64,000 nt of DNA from a virus. Shown piece after piece: positions 11,435-23,322 of the stretch. How positions within the stretch are numbered: the first letter of the stretch is position 1; each line of letters starts with the position of its first letter. Position numbers and translations under genes: made by a program. Below the pieces are notes generated by a model. That model saw only the letters and a list, made by a program, of their open reading frames with translations, made no database searches and was not told the DNA's origin. The DNA lies in the IMG/VR virus record IMGVR_UViG_3300029822_000003, positions 29,172-93,171 of that record. One strand, given 5' to 3'.

Positions 11435-12262
11435 TTAATTATAAATAAGCCAACACCTACAATTTATTACAAGGTCAGGACTGGCGTTACTGTCACCAGG
11501 ATATGAAAGCCCTGGCAAAAATTCTTCTCCTATAGGTATTGTAACCCCATCTAATTCAGTATGAGCTGGACGTACTAAAGCATCATCACATGTCATCCAT
11601 GTTTTAGTTTTCATATCTTTATATATAGCACTAAGGAAATTTATTTTGCCTACTGCATTATGTATTTCTGTCATTGCAATTGTTCTACTTCTACTACTCG
11701 ATATATTTTCTATATGTTTAAATAAATCATCTGCAATTTTATCGTAGTTGTCTCCATTGGATAATCCATTTTTTATTATTCTTTGTACTTGATTCCTGGT
11801 AGTATTGTTTATATACTCTATTTCTTGTTTGGAATAATCTTTTAGCCATTCCGTGTAATCTACTTCTACATCTTCATATTTTATATAATCGCCCTCATTT
11901 GAGTAATGAAGTGAATTAAAGAAGTCTATTCCTGTCTTTCCTGCTTGTAAATATATTGGCATAATTAATTTATTATAATATTCAGTTCCTAAGAGTGCCA
12001 CAATTAAAATAAATATCTTTTCTGTAATATCGTTTGATTGATTTTCTATTTCTTCCTCATTGCTTTCTACATCCTCATCTTTTTTCTGCCGTAAGCTTAA
12101 CAGAGCCTTTTTAAGAGCTTTTGCTTGTGATAGTAGTATAGTTGCTATCTGCTTTTTAAAACTCTTTTCTAGATTAAGTACGAGCCTATCATACAGCTTA
12201 CTGAAATTCTTTTTTATCTTTTCTCGCTTATCATCTGCCTTTCTTTCTAATATTGAAAAGAC
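11435..12262 (-). CDS. MuF / SPP1 gp7 minor head protein; frame open 87 codons upstream of first GTG (12001)
   Basis: RSRTIAMTE, KTW...D..VRPAH..LDG, PGD...INCRC motifs; manual translation upstream to TAA at 12263-12265. Confidence 0.85.
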   Translation of the reverse strand, partial: VFSILERKADDKREKIKKNFSKLYDRLVLNLEKSFKKQIATILLSQAKALKKALLSLRQKKDEDVESNEEEIENQSNDITEKIFILIVALLGTEYYNKLIMPIYLQAGKTGIDFFNSLHYSNEGDYIKYEDVEVDYTEWLKDYSKQEIEYINNTTRNQVQRIIKNGLSNGDNYDKIADDLFKHIENISSSRSRTIAMTEIHNAVGKINFLSAIYKDMKTKTWMTCDDALVRPAHTELDGVTIPIGEEFLPGLSYPGDSNASPDLVINCRCWLIYN

Positions 12263-13560
12263 TTATTTTGCTTTTGTGAGTTATCAAGTGTTTCTTGACT
12301 GCTGATTTCATCATCTACGGGAATTAAATTTGCAGGTAAATATACTTTACCTTTTATAATAGCAAAAGAACCTTCTGGTGCAACTATATCTCCACCCTCA
12401 ACATTTTCTAATCCTCTAGCTTTCCTTTTCTCGTTTATCTCCATGTAATTATTATTTAATTTTTCATTTATTTTCCCTATATCTTCCTGCAAAACCGGGA
12501 TTTCAGAATAATCTATATCAATAAATTCTCCGTCTTCAAGTCCCAAAAATGGAGTTAATTGTCCTGCTAAACCTTGCATTAGAGGAATAATGCTTTTGGT
12601 GTACAGTCCCTTCTCTGCTTCACTTTTATTATTATAACTTGATTGCTCGTTAAAACCTATTATTATAGGGTCTATTCCCATGCCTATACATATATCTCGC
12701 ATAGTGCTTTCCTTACCTTTTATCCAGTCCATGTCTTTGGGATTAGTGCCTGTCTGTAATACACTTGTTCTATCTCCTTCAACAAGCATCCATTTGCCTA
12801 CATTTGGAGTTCCAGAATACTTTGAATTTAAGTCCGCTTGTGCCCTTTCTCTTGCACCATTGTTAGGGAATTCTCCAACACTTATTACGCCACTTACTTG
12901 ACCACCGTTTTGCATTAAAGAAACATTCCAATCAAGCATGGCGGCTAATAAGTCTCCGTTTTTTAGAATAGGTTTTAAAGGTGACATTCCTCTGCCTAAA
13001 CCATCATACTCGTCTAAAGGATTAAAACTTTTCCATAAAGTAAAGTCCTCTGGTTTAAAATTCTTAGGGTTCTGTCCCTCGTATCTTATGTCCGTATAAG
13101 GCATATCTACTTTACCAGTTAACCCTATACTCATTTTGTCTGGTCTGTATGTATATAATTCTTTTACTAGTTTACCGCCCCTAACTGCCATTCTAACTAT
13201 TGGAGCATCTCCACCGAGATAATAAAATGCTATGGCTCTCCTAATGAATTCAGCTCGGCTGTATAAAGGGTTTGGCTTGTCTAGTAACACCTGTACTGGA
13301 TGATTAGGTATAGGCACTTTTTTACCATCTTTATCCTTTTTACACACGTTCCATTTTAATTGTATTGCTGCCTGTGTTATCTCTTGCAAACATCTAAATA
13401 TAATCCAGTTTTCAGCATATCCTTCTTTTGCTATAATTCTATACTTAGCATCACTATACTGTGGCGTATTCTTTCCATGTATGTTAACTATGTGTGGATA
13501 TAAACCACCGCTTGATTCTCTTTGTGCTTGTTTTCTTTCAAATATATTTGGTATTTTCAT
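12247..13560 (-). CDS. Portal protein, HK97 family
   Basis: HPV..LL.KPNP, GMSPL, NGG..SGVI, INEKR.ARGL..VEGGD; start taken at MKIPN after AAAGGAAGTG RBS. Confidence 0.92.
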   Translation of the reverse strand: MKIPNIFERKQAQRESSGGLYPHIVNIHGKNTPQYSDAKYRIIAKEGYAENWIIFRCLQEITQAAIQLKWNVCKKDKDGKKVPIPNHPVQVLLDKPNPLYSRAEFIRRAIAFYYLGGDAPIVRMAVRGGKLVKELYTYRPDKMSIGLTGKVDMPYTDIRYEGQNPKNFKPEDFTLWKSFNPLDEYDGLGRGMSPLKPILKNGDLLAAMLDWNVSLMQNGGQVSGVISVGEFPNNGARERAQADLNSKYSGTPNVGKWMLVEGDRTSVLQTGTNPKDMDWIKGKESTMRDICIGMGIDPIIIGFNEQSSYNNKSEAEKGLYTKSIIPLMQGLAGQLTPFLGLEDGEFIDIDYSEIPVLQEDIGKINEKLNNNYMEINEKRKARGLENVEGGDIVAPEGSFAIIKGKVYLPANLIPVDDEISSQETLDNSQKQNKSFQY

Positions 13561-14591
13561 TACATCACTTCCTTTAAAGTACATTGGACTTCATTTGTAT
13601 ACTTACTAATTCTTTTATTTCCTAATTCATACCATTTTTTATCTGTTTCAAACCCTATGTATTGTCTATTCCCTTTATCATTATTGTTTAGGTTTAATAA
13701 ACTTATAATATTGTTAGCCGATCCAGTAAAAGGGAATAAACATTTACTATCTTTTCTTGTATGCACTTCAAACATATCATAATATAATTGTAATGGCTTC
13801 TCAGTTTTATGTTTAGTTTTTTTACTCATTGGATAATTCCATATACAACTTCTATAATTATTTTTATTTGAGTTATATGTATATCTCATATTTTCATATC
13901 GTTTTAATAATTTATTATAGTCTATTGGTAAATCTAATATGGTCTTTAATTCTTTATATGTATCTTCAGTTGGAAACATCCATTGACTTTTAGTATAAAA
14001 GGTATGCTCTGCTTGTCTATGCCCTAATAATTGATTTATTTTAGTAGTAGATAATCCAGCTTTCTTTTGTGCTTTATAAAAATATTCTTTTATTATTTTA
14101 AAAGGATCTTTAGAATTATACATAGTTAATTCCTCATTTTGTTTAGTATAATATAAAACATATTCGCACATCTTTTGATAATTTCTATTCATATTACTTT
14201 GTATAAATCCATTAAGAAAACCATATTGGTTATTAATTGTACCATCATTATTATATTTATAATATTTGTTCCATATACATTGTTGTTTTAATTTTAAATC
14301 AGTATTATTTTTTATTAATTGTATAAAATCTGATAATACTAAAATATCATTATGCCATAAGAACAACGTCCCATTATCACTCATTAATTGATTTGATAAA
14401 TTTATTACTTCTTTAATAAAATTTAAATATTCTCCACGTGATTTAAATTTGTCCCATTCATCTTTGCTTATATTATAGGGTGGGTCTATTTCTATAAATT
14501 CAAAATACTTTGAATATCCTTCTCTAATTAGATTCTTCATTCCTTTTATGCAATTGATGTTATAAATTCTATTTAGTTCTATATGTACCAC
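13560..14591 (-). CDS. DNA amino-methyltransferase (N6A/N4C, beta class)
   Basis: DPPY motif IV, HKTEKP, degenerate motif I FPFTGS, YIGFE. Confidence 0.85.
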   Translation of the reverse strand: MVHIELNRIYNINCIKGMKNLIREGYSKYFEFIEIDPPYNISKDEWDKFKSRGEYLNFIKEVINLSNQLMSDNGTLFLWHNDILVLSDFIQLIKNNTDLKLKQQCIWNKYYKYNNDGTINNQYGFLNGFIQSNMNRNYQKMCEYVLYYTKQNEELTMYNSKDPFKIIKEYFYKAQKKAGLSTTKINQLLGHRQAEHTFYTKSQWMFPTEDTYKELKTILDLPIDYNKLLKRYENMRYTYNSNKNNYRSCIWNYPMSKKTKHKTEKPLQLYYDMFEVHTRKDSKCLFPFTGSANNIISLLNLNNNDKGNRQYIGFETDKKWYELGNKRISKYTNEVQCTLKEVM

Positions 14592-16735
14592 CTTCTTTAA
14601 ATTAAGGCATAAATAAAGCCCCTATATTAAGTATAAGAGCTTTTACATATATTTGCTTATATGGTATTTAATTATAGATATATTGTGGGTTTAACGTTTT
14701 TTATTTTTTCTATTTGCTAACCATAATGAAATTTTTACCCATTTTTCACTGTATGGCTCATATCGCTGGCAAATTGCACAATTGCACTTTATTTTTGAGT
14801 CAAATTTCTTAATGTTTTCTATATTCATAGTTATTTTAAACCTCCTTTAATAACGCAAAAGTTTCATTTAATAAATTATTCTAATTTATATTATTTTTTC
14901 ATGCTTCAAATATGCTCTATCTGCCTCAAATTTAAATTTTTTTATAATATTTATTCTTTCTCTAAGTTCTTCTTTAGTTACTTCTTTATTATTAAGCATC
15001 TTTTTATCTATTTCAGATAACTTTTTAAATTCTTCATTTGAAATCATGTAATCATACTCCTTTGCAATAATTATTCGCCCATTAATTCAAGTTCATAAGC
15101 TAAATCGCTATTTTGAAATTCCTCATTTTGTTCATCTGAAAGTACTAACATAGTTTTTTCTCTGCATTTTTGGCATAATGCAATTGGCTTTATTTTCCCA
15201 CCAAAATTAATTGCTTTAACATCTTTATCACTACCACATAATCCACATTTAGTATAAGAATCGTTCTTAATTACTTCTATCATAGTTTCATTTTCCCCCT
15301 TCTATATTTTCACTATGGCCATTTATTTTATGCTCTTTGCATATTGCATGATAGCACCCTTTTAGAAGAATAATTTCCTTTGGCGTTAGTCCTATATCTT
15401 CATATTCTGCAAGTCTTATTATTTTACTTTCTACATCTCTTCTAACTTCGTGAAATTTATCTAAATCCTTTTTTGAGTTTATTTCCATTGGTATATTAGG
15501 TAATAGAACTTTATCACCAAATTTTTTAGTTAATCTTTCCATAACTTTATTTCTCTCCTTTTAAAGCTTCACAATTGCTACAACATAGGCAAGAACTTTT
15601 ATCATGTTTTTCATTGCACCTGTCTGCACCTTTAATAACATATTCATCTTGAAAATTGCAATAAAAAACTTTAATCCCTTTTCCTTTTAATTTGTCTAGT
15701 ACCCAATTTATATATTTTCCTTTATAGTGTCCCCTAGTTAATCCCTGCCATGATTGTATTCCAAAACTTATTTCTTTATACTTAGATGTGTCAATTTCTC
15801 CGATAGCGACTAATTTAGAAAATTCTTCTTTACAATCATCTATAATATCAAGTATTTCCACGTATTCTATGCTAAATTCTTTTTTACACTTAGGGCATAT
15901 AAATCTATATTCATATTGAAGATTACCATATCCAAGAGGTACAGTACCAATATTGTATAACTTATAGTCATGTTCACATTTTCTCTTCTTGAATATATCT
16001 AAAATCATATCTTTTATTTTCCTCCTTTTACTACTTTAAAATTGCTTTTATGTGTATTTATTCTACGCGTTTTGCCTGTACTATCTACTATATATTTATT
16101 ACTGTTACTATCTTCATGTACAGTGCATGTGCCTATGCCTACATCATCAAAAAACTGTTCTGTAGCACTCTTTCTGCCTTTTGCTATCTCCAATTCATCC
16201 AATGTATCACTTAAATTGAAAAAATAATCCATTAATACATTGTTTACATATTGCCATAATACCCTTAAAACTTTACCTTCTCCTATAGAATTATTCTGTG
16301 GTAAAGAGTTCATATATTTTTTGGTATAGTAATAATCTTTAGCTTGATATTTTTCACCATCATAAGTTTTTTCTATAGGATACAAATTCATAAGTTCCCG
16401 CGGTGTTAATTGTCCTATAAAATAATTTATCATTCCCATAAGGCCAAATTTTGCTTCTAGTTTATCTAAAGTCATTTCTTGTTCTGGTTCAAGATTTATA
16501 ACTTTAATTCCATAAGTGATAAGTTTGTTTATGTTATCAGGTTTTTCTGGAAAATCATCTTTGTTTTTATTCATTTCTCTATCAAAAGCATTAACATATA
16601 TATTATATAATTTCGTTCTCTTAATTTCTTTTTCATCTTCTTTATTGCTATTACCTTTCATTATTTTAAATTTATCCATAATTTCCTCCTATAATTGTGT
16701 TGGGAGCTCATAAAGCAACTCCCAACTATATTGTT

Positions 16736-17446
16736 TTAGTTAAAGAATCCCATCTGACTGTTTACAATTTCAATTTGTTCTTTTAGCTCCTGTGGAGGTT
16801 TCCATTTAGTTAGAAAATCTCTACCCACTTCAAAATCTTTTACAGCAGTATTTTTATATGAATTGACTAAAATCCTATTTTTATAACCGCCCCACATTTC
16901 AGAAAAAGTTTTATTTCTGATGTGTTTATCGCGATATGCAGGGCTATTAATCCCGCCTAAAGCACTAACTACTTTAGATTTTCCTAAGTTCTGTAATGCA
17001 AGTTGCTTGGTATAATCTATTGTTTTAGTTTCTTCTAAACTTTTTACTCTACTTTCTACATTTGCTAATTTATTTTGCACTATTTTATACAGTTGTAGTT
17101 CTTTTTTATTTTCTTTAACTTTAAAATAAGTTTCCTCTAAGTTATCAAATTGTTCCCATGCCATGTCAGTATCTAAAATCTTACAATGTCTATCTGCCCC
17201 ACGCTCTGTCCATAGATACAATTTGTTTACATTTTTGGCGACTCCGATATTATCGTATTCGCGTTTAAAACTTCTCAATGCATCACCTTGTAGTAAATAA
17301 TAATGCTTTCCTTTCTCAAATCTATCTAAATGATTGTTAAAGTTATCAGATATGTTTCTTTCGTTACACTCATAGACTTTTGCAAGTTGCTCGGTAGTTA
17401 ATATCCTTTCTCCATTATAAATTACAGGTGTCATTTCATTTGCCAT
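16736..17446 (-). CDS. ORF6N/ORF6C-domain antirepressor-like protein
   Basis: ERILTTEQLA..Y...NF.N...RF..GKHY; LYLWTERGA.RHCKILDTD.AWEQF. Confidence 0.85.
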   Translation of the reverse strand: MANEMTPVIYNGERILTTEQLAKVYECNERNISDNFNNHLDRFEKGKHYYLLQGDALRSFKREYDNIGVAKNVNKLYLWTERGADRHCKILDTDMAWEQFDNLEETYFKVKENKKELQLYKIVQNKLANVESRVKSLEETKTIDYTKQLALQNLGKSKVVSALGGINSPAYRDKHIRNKTFSEMWGGYKNRILVNSYKNTAVKDFEVGRDFLTKWKPPQELKEQIEIVNSQMGFFN

Positions 17447-17466
17447 ATGTTTTATCTCTCCTTGTA

Positions 17467-17495
17467 TTGAAATTTCACAAGGAACGTGGTATATT
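17467..17495 (+). promoter_or_regulatory. Antisense sigma-A promoter in ORF6N leader
   Basis: TTGAAA-17-TATATT with extended -10 TG. Confidence 0.55.
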
Positions 17496-17973
17496 TAGTA
17501 TGTAAAGGTACTAAATCATTGCGCCCTTGTGCTTGTAAGATAAAGTCAAGGGTTTTTAATTTTTATAGTATTTATCTCTTATACTTTTTAAATTAATTAT
17601 TAAAGGCAAAATATCCTTTTTATAGCCATATTCTATAGGGTTTATTTCCATAAGTCCTATATGATCACGAATTATTAAAGTCATAAATTTTAAATCTAGG
17701 ATATTAAGTGAAACACTTAAAAACTTTTTTAAATCTCTATAATCAATATCTCCTATAGTAAATTGAAAATCGGACTTTTCAAATTCATTTAATTTTATAC
17801 AAATATTGTGAATTTTATAATAAGTAAGTTTTTCATATTGTAGCTTATTTAAAATCCCTTCAAGCTTAATCATTTTATCAATCCAAAAATTATATTCTTT
17901 AGTTCCTTCTTTAAATCCATTACTTACCAAAGCAGATTTTCTTCCCATATATTAATATTTTCACCTCCATTTA

Positions 17974-18183
17974 TCATGCTCTTTTATTTTCTTTCATCCA
18001 TTGAATCACCTCACTTTTTAAAAACAGTATTTTACCTTTTTTAGCTGCACTCAATTTAAATGCAGGAAGTCCTTCTTTTCTTAATCTGTCAATTGTTCTT
18101 TCTTCACATTTTAAAAATTTTGCCATTTCTTCTTTGCTTAAAAATTCTTCGCTTGTATCTACTGTGCCAATATCTTTATCCAT
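17974..18183 (-). CDS. Excisionase-like HTH (HTH_17/AlpA) protein
   Basis: FLSKEEMAKFLKC..RTI.RLRKEGLP..K....ILF...EV..W. Confidence 0.75.
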   Translation of the reverse strand: MDKDIGTVDTSEEFLSKEEMAKFLKCEERTIDRLRKEGLPAFKLSAAKKGKILFLKSEVIQWMKENKRA

Positions 18184-20149
18184 TTTCCTTAACTCCCTCT
18201 ACTTTATCTTATACTTAATTATACCAAACATTTGTTTACTTGTCAATACTTTACATGAATTTTATATAGCTTTTATTTGATTTTACTGGATATTAAATAC
18301 AATTTATATAAAATAAAAAGAACATAGAAATTAATCTATGTTCTAAAATATATTTGATGATATACCTAATAACTTAGTTTTTTGCATTAATATGTTCATA
18401 ACTTCATCTGCATTAACTGTATCTTTGCAATATAAACAAGTAACTTTGGGTAGTTGTGTTGACTGCGGTTCGTATATAAGATGCGCTCTTTTCTTATTTT
18501 CTTCAAATATTTCTAACATAGCTCTTTGTTGTTCTGATAACTTTATGCCTAATATATTTTGCATAAAGTCTGTATAACTCATATCTTCATATTTCATTTA
18601 TTTATCTCCTTATTTTACTGTAGCAGATACATTACTTTTACTTGTATCCTTTGAAGCATCTTCTACTTTAGGTTGGCTACTTGTTGCATTATTTGTACTA
18701 GCTTCTTGTTTAACCTCTGTTTTAGGCTCTGTAGTGGCTTTTTCTTCTACTTTTGGTGTAACTGGTTGGCTACTTTCTTTTTTATCCGTCGTGGCTGTCT
18801 GTGCTTGCTCTGTAGGATGCGTAAAACCTTCTTTAGCTACTCCATATTTACAACTATCTGTATCTTTTACTTTTGGGTCTTGATAATGCATAGCTTTTAT
18901 GTAACATACTCTGCCATCTTTTCCCACTTCACTTTTTTTACAATATTTACACCTTACCATTATTTTCTACCTCTTTTCAATAATCTCTATTTTATCAATC
19001 TCTAATTCTCTAAGTCTTTCCTTTGGCTTACCGTATTTTTGGCAAACCATATCTTTTAAGTTTAAATCAAGCTGTATACTTACGAATTTACAATCTGGCC
19101 AAATCTCCTGTCCTTCTCCTAAACCCATAGTTTCAAATTCTAATGTTCCCTCTCTATAAGGTATAACATCATTATAAAAACTTACACAATAATGAATTAA
19201 TCTTTTTATGTATTTATATAGCTGCTTACCTTCAGTTAACTTTTTAGGTGGCTCTTCATCTTCTGGAAAATCTAAAAAGTTTGCATCTTCTAATGGTTTA
19301 AAAAATTTGTAAAATTCAGTTGGCGTTAATGTTGCATCTGCATGAGAAACTCCCCAATCTGCTTCTACTCGGTAATTTCCAATCTCTCTATCATTTAAAC
19401 TACACTCTATCTTCTCATATTCTGCAATTTGCTTGGTTGTCTTATTTATACATTTTGGCATTACTTATTTACCTCCTTATTAATCGTTTTTAGCTTTTAA
19501 AAGTTCCTCTTGAATTTCTTTCATCTTATTTAGCATTAATAGAGCAGTTTCTTTCTTGTCTTTGTTTTCTTTAGTTGTTGACTTACTATTTAATTCATGT
19601 TCTAAGAGTTCATTTTTAATATTGCCAACTTCAATTGCTAATTTTTTTACAAAATTTTCTTGCTCAGTCATTAAATTTAGTAATTCTTCCAAGCACTTTT
19701 CTATTTGCTCATTATTCATGCTTTTTCCTCCTCAAAATGTTTTTTACATTGTTTGCACTGCTCATTACGCAATTTTATCATTTCTTCATCTAGTTTTAGT
19801 TGTTTTTGAACATCTTCTTCAGTCAAAAATATTTCTTTCCCATACTCACCCCTAGGGAACCATAAGGGGCATATATTAACTTTTGGATAATATTTACATT
19901 CTTGCATTATTTCTGCCCCTCCTTATATTTATTAATGGATTCCTTAATTATTTTCTTAGCTTCTTTATTAGAGAATACTTTTTCATTTCCTTTAAACCGT
20001 TTTACTTTTGGTCCCATTACTAGCTCCGGTCCGCTTTCATCTCCTAAGTAATGTATACAATTTCTGTGTGTTGGTCCTACATCATAGTCACAATAATTAG
20101 TTTGGGTACCTTGCGGTTGTCCATATGTATATATAGTAGAGTTGCTCAT

Positions 20150-20401
20150 TTAATCACCTATTTTTTCATAAGTCTTTTTGAATATATCTGGTTTACATGG
20201 ATAAAATTCTCCATTTACACCTTTAATTATGTAATCTCCTTTAGTAGCTGTCATTGTACCTTCTAACGTTTTTATTTTTACTGTTCCTTTGCTAAACGTC
20301 ATTTCATTTGTGCATCTTAATAAATCATTTATTTCTGCCATGTTTCCACCCTTAAATTGTATAGCTTCTATTTCTACTGGTTTCTTTCTATACTTTGCCA
20401 T
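20150..20401 (-). CDS. Conserved phage protein ([11 protein letters not shown]...[18 protein letters not shown] family)
   Basis: Motif recognition. Confidence 0.7.
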   Translation of the reverse strand: MAKYRKKPVEIEAIQFKGGNMAEINDLLRCTNEMTFSKGTVKIKTLEGTMTATKGDYIIKGVNGEFYPCKPDIFKKTYEKIGD

Positions 20402-20427
20402 TTATGTCCCTCCAATTAATTATAAAT

Positions 20428-20667
20428 CTATTTAATATTTTCCGCTCTTTCCATAAGTGCTTGTGGTCTAAACCCGCAGGTCATTATATATCCACCCTCT
20501 AGGAATATTACACTTAATGTTTTCCTACCCTTGTTTGCATATATTAAAGTTCCTCTTTCCTTTGCACCCTGTACACTTCTTTTTACTGGTGTACTGTCTG
20601 GTGGAAGTATAGAAAGCACCTTGCTTTCATTTACATATTGTTTAAATCCTATATCTAATAAATTCAT
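20428..20667 (-). CDS. remA: RemA (DUF370) extracellular-matrix regulator homolog
   Basis: LLDIGF..YV....V.SI..PDS.PVKR....AK..G.LI.A..GRKT.SVI. Confidence 0.85.
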   Translation of the reverse strand: MNLLDIGFKQYVNESKVLSILPPDSTPVKRSVQGAKERGTLIYANKGRKTLSVIFLEGGYIMTCGFRPQALMERAENIK

Positions 20668-21227
20668 ATAATTATCCCCCTTAAAATTTATATCCTGCGT
20701 TTACAAGTGACTTTTTTACCACTGCTAAATCTTCTTTACTAATCATAACTCTGCCTATATTTTTATTATCTATAGGTGTGTTTTCCAATACATTCATCCA
20801 TTGCTTTATCATAGTGAACATTGAACTATTTATTTGTATTAGACTTACATTACGTTCTTTAAACTTCTCCAGCTCTTTATGAAGCCTATTTGAGTTAGTT
20901 ACAGCATCAATCATATATTCTAAAGTCTCCCTGCTGTCTGAATCCGCTTCTTTTCCGTTTAAAGCATCTTTCCATATTTCTAGTGTAGCGTCTATTGCTT
21001 TTTGAATTAACATTTTATCACCCTCTAAATTTAAAATTTTAATTTTTAGTTTTACACTTATGTACTTTTATTCCATTCAAAATATTTTGAAACCAACTTT
21101 TCTAAGAGAATTCATGTCCCATATTTTAGGCTATTTCATTCTCAATTAGCTTAATTTCAGCTTATTTTAGCCTATGTAATTTATTTCCATGACGTCAATC
21201 CCAGTGATACCAACGGCCCAATTCTTA

Positions 21228-21255
21228 ACTTCGCTAAATGAATCTTTAGCGAAGT
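21228..21255. other. Palindromic 11-6-11 recombinase-type site
   Basis: ACTTCGCTAAA-TGAATC-TTTAGCGAAGT. Confidence 0.5.
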
Positions 21256-22941
21256 TAGATTTGTCTTATAGTACCGACTAAACATACTCTCCTTTCAAAG
21301 TACAAATTAAACAATTATTTTTGTTCCATTCTAAATCTACTATTGATTTAACTTTGAAGCTATTTTCTTTACCGTCAATTGCATCTTTAACTTTTAGTAT
21401 TTTTTTAGGTGTAGGCAATTCTCCCTGCAAAGGTACTAAATATAAAATTTCATCCATATTAACTCTCCTTTATCTTGTCTTATAAGTAATATAACTTGCT
21501 ACATCTGCAATTAACTCTGGTAGCCATAGGAAAGCGTGTAGTGTTCCTGTAAGTATTGCAAATATAACATTACCTAGTAAATATACATATTTGTCCATTG
21601 CATATCCATACCTAAACCCTATAATAAATCCTGTAACTAAATATATGTAAATTAAAAAGTATAGTAAGTATCTCATTTAATCACCGTTCCTGTGCCTGTT
21701 ATTTAATTTTATTAGTTTCCCTTCCATTCTTTTTACTTGTATTATCATTTCTCTCAATTCTTTTTTATGTCTTTTATCTTTTCTATAAGTTATAATGGAG
21801 TCTATTATAAAATAAAGAAGTATAAGTGTTAATATTACTAGTACTGCTATATTCATTTATTCACCTTCTTTTGCTTCAAAATTATCACATGAATTATTCT
21901 CTATATCTTCTATATATTTATTTCCTAGCATATTATCTTCAAGTAAGCAGTTATATCCATCCCAGTAGTTTAAGTTATTGCAATTTTTGCAACATCTTCT
22001 CATTTAATCCACCATCCTATTACAAATATAATTACTAGCAAGTTCCCTGTTATCTGCATAAGTGTAAAGTAAAATTCTTTAAATTTAAGCATATCTTTAA
22101 GTTTAGCGTGTATTCCTGATAATATTTTAATAGTGCCTACAGTATCGTATATGCCTGTAACTAATAAGATTATTGCTATTATTTTCATTTAATCAGCTCT
22201 CTTCTTCATCTAGCCATTTAATCATTTCATTTAAACACTTTTTACGTTGTTTTATTTCACATTTTGATATTAGAAAACAATTTCCACATCTTTCCCACAC
22301 TAGTTGTTTTGCTAGTTCTTCTTTGCTACTTATTAATTTTTCAAAATTTTTCATTTCTTATTTTTCTCCTTATCATGTAACCACTTTGCTAGTTCTACTG
22401 TACAATCTTCACATAATTCAAATTTACCCTTGGCTCTCATATTGTAGTGAAACGCATCTTCTTCATTTTTATCTATCCTTTGCATTACAGTAACAATATC
22501 TTTTATAAATCTTTTATAGTTCATAGTAAATTTAATATTAATCATGCTACTAGGGTCAATAGGTTTCTTACATCTATCGCAGCATTTCATTTAATTACCC
22601 CCTTCAATCTTTTCCTGTACCTTCAATATACTCTGTAATGCACTCACTTCTACTTGTAAAGATTTCATCATTGCATGAGCCGCCTTTAATGTTTCCTGAT
22701 TTAAATCCCTATTGAATTTCAAATCTGCTACATTTTCATTTCCACGTGCCAAATCACTTATTAATGTAGTTGGCATACCTTGTGCCCTAAGTTTTGCAAT
22801 TTCTTTCGCCAGTGCTATTCTATAATCTTTTTCACTCTGTGCATATCCTTTAGCTTTAGAAGTTATTACATTAATTCCTTCATTTAATCTTTTAGAAGTT
22901 TTGTATAATGCATCTGTAACTTCCATAGGTTCTACTGCCAT

Positions 22942-23322
22942 CTATTCACTTCCTAACTTTCTTAATAGTTCTCCATATTTCTTAGTGCATTTATCTATAG
23001 CCTGTTTTACTTTCTCTGTATCTGCTTCTATATAAGTGTTTTTGACTTTCTCACCTACTAATACCCATAATTTCTTTTTACCTAGTTTAATTTCTAAGAA
23101 GTCAAGTTTATCTAATGTAATACATAAGTCTTTTCTGTTTCTTCTTACTTCACTTGTTGACTTCGTAAACCCTATCTCTTTTAAAATTTTAGGAAGATAC
23201 CTTTCATTTGTGAAATATGTTTTATCTAATTCCTTTTTCCAATCTTCTTCAAACCCATTAGAAAACATTTCTTTAGGAGATACAAGTGGTTTGCCTATTA
23301 CTATATTTTCTATATGTTGCAT
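22942..23322 (-). CDS. S4-like RNA-binding protein (resembles TyrRS C-terminal domain)
   Basis: LPKILKEIGFTKSTSEVRR...LEIKLGKKK. Confidence 0.5.
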   Translation of the reverse strand: MQHIENIVIGKPLVSPKEMFSNGFEEDWKKELDKTYFTNERYLPKILKEIGFTKSTSEVRRNRKDLCITLDKLDFLEIKLGKKKLWVLVGEKVKNTYIEADTEKVKQAIDKCTKKYGELLRKLGSE

